Part shown: piece after piece, positions 17,625 through 27,420 of the stretch
Numbering within the stretch: position 1 is the stretch's first letter
How the letters are laid out: every line of letters starts with the position of its first letter
Source of the DNA: an uncultured virus (IMG/VR IMGVR_UViG_3300031182_000003)
Taxonomy: Duplodnaviria > Heunggongvirae > Uroviricota > Caudoviricetes
DNA length: 64,000 bases
Reading direction: 5' to 3' (one strand)
IMG/VR virus record: IMGVR_UViG_3300031182_000003
Notes under the pieces: generated by a model
Told to the model about the DNA's origin: nothing
What the model saw: the letters and a program-made list of their open reading frames with translations, nothing else
Database searches by the model: none
Program-made: the position numbers and the translations under genes

Positions 17625-19845
17625 ATGCCGGGAATCTTTGTGGATAGACGGGACGATGATCTTCTGGAGGTCAAAGTCCCGTACTATCTCCCCTACCAGA
17701 AACGAATACGCAAAATCGACGGAGCCCGGTGGGGCGGCGACGATGATCCGTACTGGATTCTCCCGATTGAATCCGCAGAGGATCTCGACGAGGAGTTCTA
17801 CGGCGAACTGATTTACAAGACACCAAGACACGAAATCCTTGGCATTGATCCGCCGAAGCCACCGAAGGTCTTCAAGAAAATTAAGCCGGTGCCCATTGAA
17901 GGGTTAAAACTCCCTCCGTACGACTTCCAGTTGTTCGGTGCTAATTTCATGTGTTACAGCATGAAGAAGCGCCGTATCGTCATCCTCGGAGACCTCATGG
18001 GTTAAACTCATGTAGCCCATGTAAAACCGTGCTAACTGCGGGAACACCCTTAGAGCCCACTCTGCTACAACGGAACCGAAAGGTAAACGTGAATGCGGCT
18101 TAACCATAAAAAATGAGTGGGATTGGGCAACCACGCATCCAAGCCCCTAAGTCCGAATGGATATGGGGAAGGTTCAACGACTATCCCATCGGGCTGGAAA
18201 CAGCCAATAGGAGTAGGGCCTGCCGATAGGCAGGTGGGTGAAAACCCCTTAAATCGAAACGCACGGCCCGCCTTACGGCGGTGATGATATAGTCTACTCC
18301 GACCGCTTCGAGCGGTGTTAAAGTATCCCGAAAGGGACGGTATCTAGGACAGGAAAAACTTTTCAATGCATTATGGCCGCCAAACAGCTTCAGCAGGAAG
18401 GGCTCGTGAAGAAAGTCCTCTGCATCGTGTTGGCACCGCTTCGCACACAATGGCGCGACGAGGTGCATAAGTTCACCTACGAGAAAGCCGTCGTCTTTTC
18501 CGACTTCCGTGCAAAATACAAAACCGTGCGCGGCAAGCGGAAAGTATCGGTAACGGTCGATCAACAGAAGCGCCAGTTCATCGAGAACTTCAGGAACTCC
18601 GATGCGATGTTCATGATCGCCAGCTATCAGGCGCTTCAGCAAAATGAAACCCTTTTTGAAAAAGTCGGATTCGACATGATTATCTTCGACGAGGCACATT
18701 TCATCAACAACAAGCTCTCGAAGACAAACAAGGCGGCTACGATGCTCATTAAGCCCCGCACCAAGCGGCACAAGAAAGGCTACAACAAAGGCATCCAGTA
18801 CATCATTTATGCATCCGGCACGCCGATTACGAATTACCCGGATCAAATCTTTGGTATTGTGCGCACCGGCAACGAAGAAATCTTCGGCAACTGGCGTGAT
18901 TTCCGCGACATGTTCTGTGTGATGAACGATTACAAGGATATTGTCGGGTACAAGAATCTCGACAAACTCCGGCGGCGCACGCAGAACTTCTTTATCCGGC
19001 GCACCGACAAGGAGATCGAGATGTCCCTTCCGAAGATCGTGGAAGACGACATTTACATTGATCCGCATCCGAAGCAATTGAAGGCTGACAAGGAACTTCT
19101 GAAGTATCAGAAGGAACTGATCGACGCCCGTAACAAGTTGCTTCAGTCCGGCAAGAAGATGGAGGCGAAGATGATCGGCGACCGGCTGAAGTCTGTCTTG
19201 AGCCAGCGCCGCATCGCCAGCAACCATCCGAACCTATGGAAGATGTCTCCGAACGAAGCGACACGCGAGCGATACCGGGATTTCATGGTCAAGGACGAAA
19301 TGAGTATCCCGAAGTTCGAGCGTTGCATTGAACTCGTGCAGGAGATCGTAGATAGCGGCCACAAGGTCGTCATCTTCACAGAAAGCCGCCGGATGACGGT
19401 GCTGTTGCACCGTGCGGTCAGCGAGTTCACCAAGGCGGTGCGTTACGTCGGCGGCCTCAGTGACAAAGTACGAGACCGCCGCAAACGCAAATTCAATGAA
19501 GACCCGCGATGTCGTGTGATGATTGCAAACCAAGCCGGATCCACTGGTCTCAATCTGCAAGCGGGCCGGTATCTCATCAATTATGACTTGCCGGACACGC
19601 CTGCTATTTGGGAACAGCGAAAATACCGGATTCGTCGTCTGGATTCCAAACACGACAGAGTTTATATCATCAACCTCATCAATCGTGGTATGGTCGATGA
19701 GCAGATTCTCACCAAGCTGAAGGACAAGCAGGCCGCATTCGACTTTGTCATTGAAAACGATGAGGCATCGTCACAAGTTCATCGCGAGATCGCCAAGAAG
19801 TCGAAGAAAAAGCGGAAGGAGGAGAAGGCAGTTGAATGGAACTAA
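17625..19845 (+). CDS. SNF2/SF2 helicase split by a group I intron (exons 17625-18002 and 18349-19845; 624 aa spliced)
   Basis: Splicing restores motif I GDLMG|TGKT; DEAH, ASGTP, AGSTGLNLQ and QRKYRIRR are in exon 2. Confidence 0.9.
18003..18348 (+). mobile_element. Group I intron without ORF (346 nt)
   Basis: P1 CATGGGT/GCCCATG with U-G pair at the splice site; AACTGCGGGAA, GTTCAACGACTA, GATATAGTCT core elements; terminal G. Confidence 0.92.
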
Positions 19846-20176
19846 GATATTTATCCTGACCCGCAGGGATGAGCATGTTGTCCATGTGGATCTCCTGCGG
19901 GCCAAGGAGAATATGAGCGCCGAACAAATTGAGAAGGCCATGCGGGCGGCGGTTGCTGAATATCTCAGCACCGACGAAGGCAAACAGGTTGCCAAGAGCA
20001 TCGACAACTGGTTCAATTGGGGCGATGCGATGATACACGTTCCGAGCGAGATCTGGAAGAAGCATGGCATCTTCATTGATTGGCCGCCGACCGAAACGAT
20101 CCAAATTGATCTGAACCATAACGAAATTCTCAGCAACGACGATGAACTCGATGACGACGATGAACCTGACGAGTAG
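19832..20176 (+). CDS. Hypothetical protein
   Basis: TTG start after GGAG; acidic C-terminus. Confidence 0.65.
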   Translation: MNGTKIFILTRRDEHVVHVDLLRAKENMSAEQIEKAMRAAVAEYLSTDEGKQVAKSIDNWFNWGDAMIHVPSEIWKKHGIFIDWPPTETIQIDLNHNEILSNDDELDDDDEPDE

Positions 20177-20227
20177 GCGACCATATCTCGCTGTCGCGAG
20201 ATGATGTGTCGAAAGGAGGGAGATATC

Positions 20228-20548
20228 GTGAAGGAGAGCGAGCAGATCGAACAAAAGCGTCAGCAGATCATCGACCAACTCCTCGCACACGGCTGGAGAC
20301 CGAACGTCAAGTTCTTTACCAGCGGACGCGGTGAAGGGAAAATGGTAGACGAACGTGGCAAAGGCGGCTACTATGGATACCACTACTTGATCTCTGCCGA
20401 TGGAAAAATGGCGCTGACGATCAAGCCGCTTGTGATTCTGGCGTACAATGTATCCACCGAATATAGCATCGACGTGTCGATGATGATTCAGGAGGCGGAG
20501 GTTGACGACATCGGACTCCGCGCTGGAAAGCTGATGATTTTTCACTGA
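20228..20548 (+). CDS. Hypothetical protein
   Basis: AGGAGGG RBS before GTG. Confidence 0.65.
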   Translation: MKESEQIEQKRQQIIDQLLAHGWRPNVKFFTSGRGEGKMVDERGKGGYYGYHYLISADGKMALTIKPLVILAYNVSTEYSIDVSMMIQEAEVDDIGLRAGKLMIFH

Positions 20549-20552
20549 CGAT

Positions 20553-20589
20553 GCATAACCCCATTACATTTGGTAACACTATGAGTAAC
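20553..20589 (+). promoter_or_regulatory. Recurrent promoter/operator motif copy
   Basis: GCATAA...ATTAC-N17-GTAAC with internal GGTAACACTA. Confidence 0.65.
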
Positions 20590-20603
20590 GGGAGGGAAGC
20601 AAC

Positions 20604-21035
20604 ATGCCATACCTCAGAACCGCTAAACAGCGGGCCAATATTGACAAACTTATTGCCGACATCGAAAGTGGCGCGGTGACGCTCATCGCCAACCGATACT
20701 TCGGCGATAAAGAAGATCCTGATGGATTCGGCATTGTCCCGGATTTTACGCAATGTTGTGTCGTCGGTCTTATCTGCAAACACCTCGATTATACGGATAT
20801 TCCTTGGAGATACAATGACGAGGAAGTCAGCAGTATATTCACGGAAGACAAACCCATCATGGAGAAGATGAAGCGGATGTACGGCTTTGATGTTCACGCC
20901 CTCGCACAGCTTCAGTCGATCAACGACAACCACAACTTCGACAATGAGGAGCGAAAGCGGCGCGTTATCAAAGAACTTCGCAAATTTCGCGATACCACGG
21001 TAGAGGGGGTGCAAGAGCATGTCGCAGAACATTGA
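20604..21035 (+). CDS. Hypothetical protein
   Basis: GGGAGG RBS. Confidence 0.7.
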   Translation: MPYLRTAKQRANIDKLIADIESGAVTLIANRYFGDKEDPDGFGIVPDFTQCCVVGLICKHLDYTDIPWRYNDEEVSSIFTEDKPIMEKMKRMYGFDVHALAQLQSINDNHNFDNEERKRRVIKELRKFRDTTVEGVQEHVAEH

Positions 21036-21561
21036 CATCGCCAAGAAGCAACTGATGAAGCTCGACAATTTCATCGCCGGGCTTCAGCAGGAGTTGGTGA
21101 CGCTGGCGCAGTACACGGATGTCGGCCCGTCCCGGGCGCTGTATGCACATATCCGCGAACTCATCAAGGATTTGCTGAACACGAAAAACGCGCAGGAGTT
21201 TCACCAGAAATTCGCTGGGCTCAATCAGGCCGTCGCAGGCATCCTGATCGTTATCGTGCCGACGGTCAGCAAAAGTGTCGCACGCAACATGCAGAAGGCA
21301 CACGGCACGGATTTCGACCCGCAGAAATTTGCGGATCTGGTCAAAAGCATGAACGAAAACGTCAACACGAACATTTCGGCAAATCCCGAAGATCCGATTG
21401 ATCCGAGCCAACCTGTTCAATGGGACGATGAGCCCGACAACGTGGAAAACTCCGCTGAAGAAGCGGTGAAGATGCTCGATCTTCAGGACTACGTCAGAAA
21501 GCCGAAAGTACAACCGGACAGCCCGGACACGCTTGGCGGCGTGTGGGAGAAATACAAGTAA
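21019..21561 (+). CDS. Hypothetical protein
   Basis: GGGGGTG RBS. Confidence 0.7.
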   Translation: MSQNIDIAKKQLMKLDNFIAGLQQELVTLAQYTDVGPSRALYAHIRELIKDLLNTKNAQEFHQKFAGLNQAVAGILIVIVPTVSKSVARNMQKAHGTDFDPQKFADLVKSMNENVNTNISANPEDPIDPSQPVQWDDEPDNVENSAEEAVKMLDLQDYVRKPKVQPDSPDTLGGVWEKYK

Positions 21562-21582
21562 TCTCAGGGAGGTTTTACAATC

Positions 21583-22926
21583 ATGGCAAAATCCGTACTG
21601 GCGCAAGAAGAAGAACTCGACTTCAACGACGGCGACTTCGTTATCGGAGACGATGAGCAGGAGGAACAGGACGAAGTGCCCGAGCGCCGCGCCAAGAAGA
21701 AGAAAAAGAAGAAGGTCAACTATCAGGCGTTGGAACAACTCGCGCTCGATGCGGTCGATAAACTGAAGGATTTGGGTTCTGAAATCTGCGACCGCGTGTT
21801 CGAGCGGGAAGCTGTCGTGAAGGACATCATGCTGGCGCTCATCGCCAAGGAGAACATTCTTCTCATCGGCCCGCCGGGAACGGCAAAGACGTTACTGGCG
21901 GAACTCGTGGTACAAGGCATCGAAGACGGCGTTGCCTTCAAGTGGATGATGAACCGGACGACCGATCCGTCCGATATCGTCGGCCCGTATTCGATCAAGG
22001 CGATGGAAAATGACCAGTTCCTCCGCATCACGACCGGTCGCTCACCGGAAGCGCACGTTCTGTTCTATGATGAAATCTTCAAGTCGAACGAACCGGCGCT
22101 GAACTACCTGCTGTCGATCCTGAACGAAGGCTACTTCTACAACGACGGCAAGCAAGTGAAGGTCGCACGCCGTCTGGCGATTGCGGCATCGAACGAACTG
22201 CCGGACACCGAAGATCTCAATGCGTTCTTCGACCGGTTTATCTTCCGGCATTGGGTGGACTACGTGAAGGATCCGCAAAACCGGATTCTCATGGGCCGCG
22301 CCGCGCGGGAGGAGAAGAACCCGACCATCAAGAAGAAGACGATCAAAACGAAACTCACGCTCGAAGAAATCGACGCGATGCAGAAGGTCGTCCATATGGT
22401 CGAGTTTCCGGCGATGATCGAAGCCAATTACGACCGGCTGATCCGTGACCTGAATCAGAATTACGGCATCAGCGTCTCCGACCGGAGGTATTACAAAGGC
22501 CAAGTCGCCATGATGGCGCACGCCCTGCTGAACGGTCGGATGCGTGTCAACAACGACGACTTCCAAGCCGTGACGTATATTCTCGGCAATACCAAGGCCG
22601 ACATCGAACATGTCGAGAAGGAAGTCGGCAAGTACAAGAATCCGCATGAAAACACGCTGAAGGAATACGTCAAGAAGGCGCAGGAAGTTCACGACAAGGT
22701 CTTCTCGATGGCAGACAACCGCACAGCAATGGCTGGCGAAGCCGTCACCGCAAATGCGACGCTTCAGGAAATCCTCGTAAAAATGGAGGACGAAATCAAA
22801 GAAGCACGCAAGGCGGGTGTAGATACACGACCGCTGGAGAAGATGATCCAGCAAGTCGAAGACATGATGGCGAAGATCAACGAGGAGTGCCTGCGCAAGA
22901 CTCAGCGGGCTCAGCGCAAATGGTAA
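21583..22926 (+). CDS. MoxR/RavA-type AAA+ ATPase
   Basis: GPPGTAKT, FYDEIFKS, ASNELP, FFDRF, VSDRR. Confidence 0.9.
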   Translation: MAKSVLAQEEELDFNDGDFVIGDDEQEEQDEVPERRAKKKKKKKVNYQALEQLALDAVDKLKDLGSEICDRVFEREAVVKDIMLALIAKENILLIGPPGTAKTLLAELVVQGIEDGVAFKWMMNRTTDPSDIVGPYSIKAMENDQFLRITTGRSPEAHVLFYDEIFKSNEPALNYLLSILNEGYFYNDGKQVKVARRLAIAASNELPDTEDLNAFFDRFIFRHWVDYVKDPQNRILMGRAAREEKNPTIKKKTIKTKLTLEEIDAMQKVVHMVEFPAMIEANYDRLIRDLNQNYGISVSDRRYYKGQVAMMAHALLNGRMRVNNDDFQAVTYILGNTKADIEHVEKEVGKYKNPHENTLKEYVKKAQEVHDKVFSMADNRTAMAGEAVTANATLQEILVKMEDEIKEARKAGVDTRPLEKMIQQVEDMMAKINEECLRKTQRAQRKW

Positions 22927-22946
22927 TTTCATGACACGGGGCCATA

Positions 22947-23162
22947 ATGGCCCCGATTTCGTTTGCGAGAGAGGTGAATTACGTCGATCATGTCATTAAG
23001 ACGCCCGGCGGCGTTACGTTGCGCGGTTGGCGGCTTGGTGAGAGCGACCAAATGGCGCGTGGCAAGTACAAAGATCGGCGCATCATTCAGCCCGATCAAT
23101 ATACATTCATCGCGCGGCGCGGCGTAAGCAGGGAGGAAGTGGGCCTCGACCAATTTGTATAA
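22947..23162 (+). CDS. Small hypothetical protein
   Basis: Fills gap between ATPase and VWA genes; start uncertain. Confidence 0.4.
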   Translation: MAPISFAREVNYVDHVIKTPGGVTLRGWRLGESDQMARGKYKDRRIIQPDQYTFIARRGVSREEVGLDQFV

Positions 23163-23194
23163 GACGTGTTACCATTGGGGATACTAATGGTAAC
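23157..23194 (+). promoter_or_regulatory. Recurrent promoter/operator motif copy
   Basis: GTATAA...GTTAC-N17-GTAAC with internal GGGGATACTA. Confidence 0.7.
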
Positions 23195-23202
23195 GAAGGG
23201 AA

Positions 23203-24987
23203 GTGAACGTAATGGACAAGGATTTTGAACTCGAAGACAGCGAGGAGATCGTCGAGAAAGCGCCCGCCAGAGGCAAGAAGATCCATGAGATTCTCGGGCT
23301 CAAGGAAGACCCGACGACGAAACTCTCGCCGAACTCCATTGACCTCAATGAAATTGACCGTGAAATCTATCACGATTGCGTACAGCGATATCCGGCAATG
23401 GCCGACAATCTGGAAGCGGGCCTTCAGGAGTACGCTCCGTTCGACCATTTGTCGGAGGATATCTTCAACAGCCTGTTCAAGTACAACGTCAACCTGAAAG
23501 ACGAAGACGAAGTGATGGCAAAATCGCAACTTAACCACAAGCTGATGGGCCAACTGCTGGAGACGGAGGAGTATCAAAATCTCCGCAAGCACACGCAATT
23601 TGATCTGCTGGCCTCCGCCATCGGGACGGAAGTTCTCCAGACTTCTGCGATGGAGAAGATCATGCAGTACAAGCAAGCATATCTCCAGAAGTTGCAGACC
23701 GGCCAGCATGTGGACGGCGCGGACGCTGGTGAACTGATTGAGATGCTCAACAAGATGTCGCAAATTCAATCGCAAATCGACGCGCTGGAGGCGCTCAATG
23801 GCCCCGGCGGCCCGGGCTTGACCAAGAAGCAGGCAATGGAGCTTGCGAAGCTCAAGCAGGACTGGAACGATATTGTGGAAGCGTACGAGCAGAACTATAT
23901 CGGCCAGCAACAGCTTCAGCAGGGTATGCAACAGGCCGTTCAGCAGGCTACCAAATCGGCGGCGGTGCAGGTTGGCGAAGTGAAAGACATCATTGAGGCG
24001 TGGGGGTTCGGCGAAGGCTCGCACGACCGCAAGATCAGCCTCGATCAGCGGAAGAAGGCTATCGAACGGGTGCGGCGTTCCAGACGGCTCAGAGACCTCA
24101 CGGACTTGATCGGGCGTTTCAAAGCACTGGCGATGCGCAAGAAGAAAAAGCGGATCCCGGATGGTCACGAGATCAAGACGGTTGAACTCGGAAACAAGCT
24201 GGAGAACATCATGCCGAGCGAACTTGCCAAGCTCACACATCCGGTGATGAAGAAGGACTTCATGCGGCGGTATCATCAAAAGCAACTGATGGTTTACAAG
24301 AAGGAAGACAACAAGACCGTCGGACGCGGGCCGATCATTGTCTGTCATGACAAGTCCGGCTCCATGCGGGGCATCAAGGATGACTGGTCAACCGCACTTA
24401 CGCTTGCGACGCTGGAAATCGCACAGAAGGAGAAGCGAAATTTCGCTTATATCCCGTATGAAGACAAGGTGCTTCAGACCAAGGACATCCGTGCTGGTGA
24501 ACTCGATCCGCAGGACGTTCTCGACATCGCCGAGATGAATGCTGATGGCGGCACGAACTTCATGATGCCGCTGGAACGGGCGTTGAAGTGTCTGGAAGAC
24601 TCGTTGTACAAGAAGGGCGACATTCTGTTTATCACCGATGGTCAGGCGGCGGTCAGTCCAGAGTTCCTTAATCACTTTAAGAAGGTGAAAGAGGAGAAGC
24701 AGTTTTTCGTCACCACAGTCCTGATCAACATCGACGGATGGGCGTCCCGTGGAGGCGTTGAGCCGTTCAGTGATAGTATCACGACAATCTCGTCCGTAGC
24801 GGATCTGGACGAAGCTAACGCCGAGAAAATCTTCAACATCATCAAAGACAAAGACAAATTTGATCCGCAACCTCAACCGAAAAGCAATAATGGCTCGGCG
24901 GTTGCGCAGGTTGTTCAGAACGCCCAAAGTGCCGCCATGATCGACCCCGGAGACGATCTGTGGGAAGATGAAGATGACGGCTATTAA
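23203..24987 (+). CDS. ViaA-like VWA-domain protein
   Basis: GPIIVCHDKSGSM MIDAS, GGTNF, ILFITDG; paired with the RavA-like ATPase. Confidence 0.88.
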   Translation: MNVMDKDFELEDSEEIVEKAPARGKKIHEILGLKEDPTTKLSPNSIDLNEIDREIYHDCVQRYPAMADNLEAGLQEYAPFDHLSEDIFNSLFKYNVNLKDEDEVMAKSQLNHKLMGQLLETEEYQNLRKHTQFDLLASAIGTEVLQTSAMEKIMQYKQAYLQKLQTGQHVDGADAGELIEMLNKMSQIQSQIDALEALNGPGGPGLTKKQAMELAKLKQDWNDIVEAYEQNYIGQQQLQQGMQQAVQQATKSAAVQVGEVKDIIEAWGFGEGSHDRKISLDQRKKAIERVRRSRRLRDLTDLIGRFKALAMRKKKKRIPDGHEIKTVELGNKLENIMPSELAKLTHPVMKKDFMRRYHQKQLMVYKKEDNKTVGRGPIIVCHDKSGSMRGIKDDWSTALTLATLEIAQKEKRNFAYIPYEDKVLQTKDIRAGELDPQDVLDIAEMNADGGTNFMMPLERALKCLEDSLYKKGDILFITDGQAAVSPEFLNHFKKVKEEKQFFVTTVLINIDGWASRGGVEPFSDSITTISSVADLDEANAEKIFNIIKDKDKFDPQPQPKSNNGSAVAQVVQNAQSAAMIDPGDDLWEDEDDGY

Positions 24988-25113
24988 ACCGGGCGACTTG
25001 ACAGCTTGTGGTATAATGGCGATACAGCAGTAGTGATGTCCTTATTGAGCCAAATCCCCGGCTTGTCCATAACAGCAGGCCGGGAAATTTGACCCAAGAA
25101 AGGAATAAACGAA

Positions 25114-25770
25114 ATGCAGAGAATCTACACTAGGAAGCCGTGGTACAAAAGGCTTGTCAAGCCTGTACCGATCATGATCCTCGTGATCATGGCATTGACT
25201 TGGCTGAACTGGTATATGTACCAGTACGCCGAGGAATTGGGAGTGATGGTCGATACGGCCCAAGACGCCGCCCTGACACTTGCTTCCAATGTGGAGGATT
25301 TGAAAGGCCACATCCGCAAGCTTGAGGACGATATCAGCGACCTCGAACGCGAAATCGAAATCAAGGATGCGCTGATCGCCGAACAGGCGGTCGAAATCGA
25401 ATCGTTGGAGAAGAAGGCAGAATCCTATCGGATAAAAGCCCTTGCTATCGAAGAAGCCAAACGCACATACAACGTCATCGCAACAGCATACACCAAGGAT
25501 TGTAAGGGCTGTTCCGGCATCACCGCGACAGGGCTCGATATCCGAAGTTCTACGCCGAAGATTATTGCCGTCGATCCAAAGATCATTCCGTTACATAGCA
25601 AAGTGGAATTGTTCGTGGACGGCGAAAGTTGGGGTATCTATACTGCTGAAGATACGGGCGGAGCCATCAAAGGCCACCGTATTGATATCCTGATGGACAG
25701 TAAATCGAAGGCGCTGGATTTCGGTGTCAAACGTGTCACTGTCAAAGTTATACCGCCGGAGGCGGTCTGA
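25114..25770 (+). CDS. Membrane-anchored coiled-coil plus 3D-domain protein (putative lytic transglycosylase)
   Basis: ATAYT, ITATG, IAVDPKIIPL, AEDTGGAIKGHRIDI. Confidence 0.88.
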   Translation: MQRIYTRKPWYKRLVKPVPIMILVIMALTWLNWYMYQYAEELGVMVDTAQDAALTLASNVEDLKGHIRKLEDDISDLEREIEIKDALIAEQAVEIESLEKKAESYRIKALAIEEAKRTYNVIATAYTKDCKGCSGITATGLDIRSSTPKIIAVDPKIIPLHSKVELFVDGESWGIYTAEDTGGAIKGHRIDILMDSKSKALDFGVKRVTVKVIPPEAV

Positions 25771-25819
25771 ACTCATCCAAGGACATCACGCTCGGCGGGC
25801 TCAGGCCCGCCTCTTTTAT

Positions 25820-25907
25820 GGGATTCTAATGGACTAATCAAGGGATGGGTTTCCCTGAAGGTGGTCGCTCCACCGGAGTCCGGCGGTTCGAGTCCGCGGT
25901 TTCCCCA
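25820..25907 (+). ncRNA. Non-canonical tRNA-like RNA with branched arm
   Basis: GCGG-TTCGAGT-CCGC T arm; imperfect GGGATTC/GTTTCCC acceptor; GGACT/AGTCC encloses two hairpins. Confidence 0.5.
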
Positions 25908-25911
25908 ATAT

Positions 25912-25987
25912 GCGCTCGTAGTTCAGTTGGTCAGAACGTCGATCTCTAAAATCGGAGGCGCAGGTTCGAGTCCTGCCGGGCGCACCA
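25912..25987 (+). tRNA. tRNA with anticodon CUA (amber suppressor)
   Basis: 76-nt cloverleaf: GCGCTCG/CGGGCGC, GTTC/GAAC, TCGAT-CTCTAAA-ATCGG, GCAGG-TTCGAGT-CCTGC, ACCA end; CTA at 25946-25948. Confidence 0.9.
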
Positions 25988-26000
25988 TTTATCCTCTGCC

Positions 26001-26045
26001 ATCTAAAATCGCGTGTCCCGGGTTCGATCCCCAGCGAGGCCACCA
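26001..26045 (+). pseudogene. 3' half of a tRNA (Phe-like body, TCTAAAA loop remnant)
   Basis: CCGGG-TTCGATC-CCCAG-CGAGGCC-ACCA with no matching 5' half. Confidence 0.6.
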
Positions 26046-26066
26046 TGATTTTGAAGGTGATTGCAC

Positions 26067-26735
26067 ATGAAGAAACTTGACATTCAAAAAGGGCAGAAAT
26101 ACAATGATTGGACTGTATTGCATCGAGTATATGATCATAACTTGAAGACAAACAGACCAGTATGGGCATGTCGATGCAAATGCGGGACAATTAGAAATAT
26201 TATACAAAAGGATATACCTAAAGCGACCAGATGTAGAAAATGCGAAGGTGCAATCAAATCCATCAAGTACACAAAGCATGGACAATCGAAGAACGGTCGA
26301 TTACAAAAAGGAACACGATTGTATCGTATTTGGCAAGGCATGAGAACAAGATGCAATAATCCAAACAGTAAAGATTACAAATGGTATGGTGCCAAAGGTG
26401 TTTCTGTTTGTCCTGAATGGGATGATTTTAATGAATTTTACAAATGGGCAATTCAAAATGGCTATGATGACAGTAAGACCATTGATCGAATAGAGAGTGA
26501 TGGCCCATATAGTCCGTCTAATTGTAAATGGTCTACAACTAAGGAGCAATTAAGGAACAGAGAATGTACACGCTATATTACGATTAACGGCGTAACCAAA
26601 ACAATGAGTGAATGGTCTGAATGTAGTGGTATAAATTATCAGACTCTCAGGACTAGAGTAGACAAAAATTGGCCCGAAGAACGTCTACTTGATCCTCCAA
26701 TTCAATCACATATCCCCATTGAATGGCCCGACTAA
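26067..26735 (+). CDS. Freestanding HNH-like (phage homing-type) endonuclease, AT-rich
   Basis: WACRCKCG, RLYRIWQGMRTRCNNPN, YGAKGVSVCPEW, TIDRIESDGPYSPSNCKW. Confidence 0.8.
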   Translation: MKKLDIQKGQKYNDWTVLHRVYDHNLKTNRPVWACRCKCGTIRNIIQKDIPKATRCRKCEGAIKSIKYTKHGQSKNGRLQKGTRLYRIWQGMRTRCNNPNSKDYKWYGAKGVSVCPEWDDFNEFYKWAIQNGYDDSKTIDRIESDGPYSPSNCKWSTTKEQLRNRECTRYITINGVTKTMSEWSECSGINYQTLRTRVDKNWPEERLLDPPIQSHIPIEWPD

Positions 26736-26787
26736 GGGTACTCCGCCGCAAGGCGTTTACCAAATACATTTCAAGGAGTGATGTCAG

Positions 26788-27357
26788 ATGAAGGAGAAGC
26801 TGGACTTTCGTTAGGTGCCCGGCTCGCCCGCCAAGGTCGTTTTCTCGTATCAGCCTATCACCTTCTGTCGCGTCAATCCGCATCCGTGGGTTGTTCTCTA
26901 CAAAGGAGAACATTACTTTGCAGATGGCGTGAAGGTGGTTCCGGGGTGCGGAATGCGTGCGAAAGTTCGACCCAAAGCCCGATCACCGGCCTGTTTCATT
27001 GTTCCGAAAGCGTACGTGTCGTTTATGACAACTGACGAAGGAAGAACAATCGTAGTTATCCACAAACAGGAGGTATCGGACATGGAACAAGTATTGGTGA
27101 AGGTGGACAAGAAGACGCGAGTGGTGGTGCACTTCAACAAAAAACATAATGAGGATCCGTACAACATCCCGCCGTGGGTGATCAAATGTAACGGACAAAC
27201 CCATTATGTGCATCACTTCGAGGTTGACCCCGGTATCGGCTTCTCCAGCAAGGAAACGCCGGATAACGAGGCAACACGCGCTTCACTACTATTCCGCAAT
27301 TGTGTATTGACGATTGTGGAGAAGGATGGTAGTATAGAAGCGAGGATTGGCAGGTAA
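26788..27357 (+). CDS. Tandem-domain hypothetical protein with in-frame TAG at codon 9 (26812-26814); second domain has its own start at 27082
   Basis: AAGGAGTG RBS 7 nt before ATG 26788; MKEKLDFR*VPGS...; duplicated NPHPWVV/NIPPWVI domain; AGGAGGT before ATG 27082. Confidence 0.6.
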
Positions 27358-27420
27358 AACTGCCAATATTGTAACGGCGTGCTAAGGGGGCGGTTGCCTC
27401 TCGGTGCGTCGTTACACTCT

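Noticed and set aside
26778..27035. ORF MMSDEGEAG... as the real gene after the endonuclease
   Set aside because: RBS too close to its start and non-protein-like composition; the overlapping frame shows a clear internal domain duplication.
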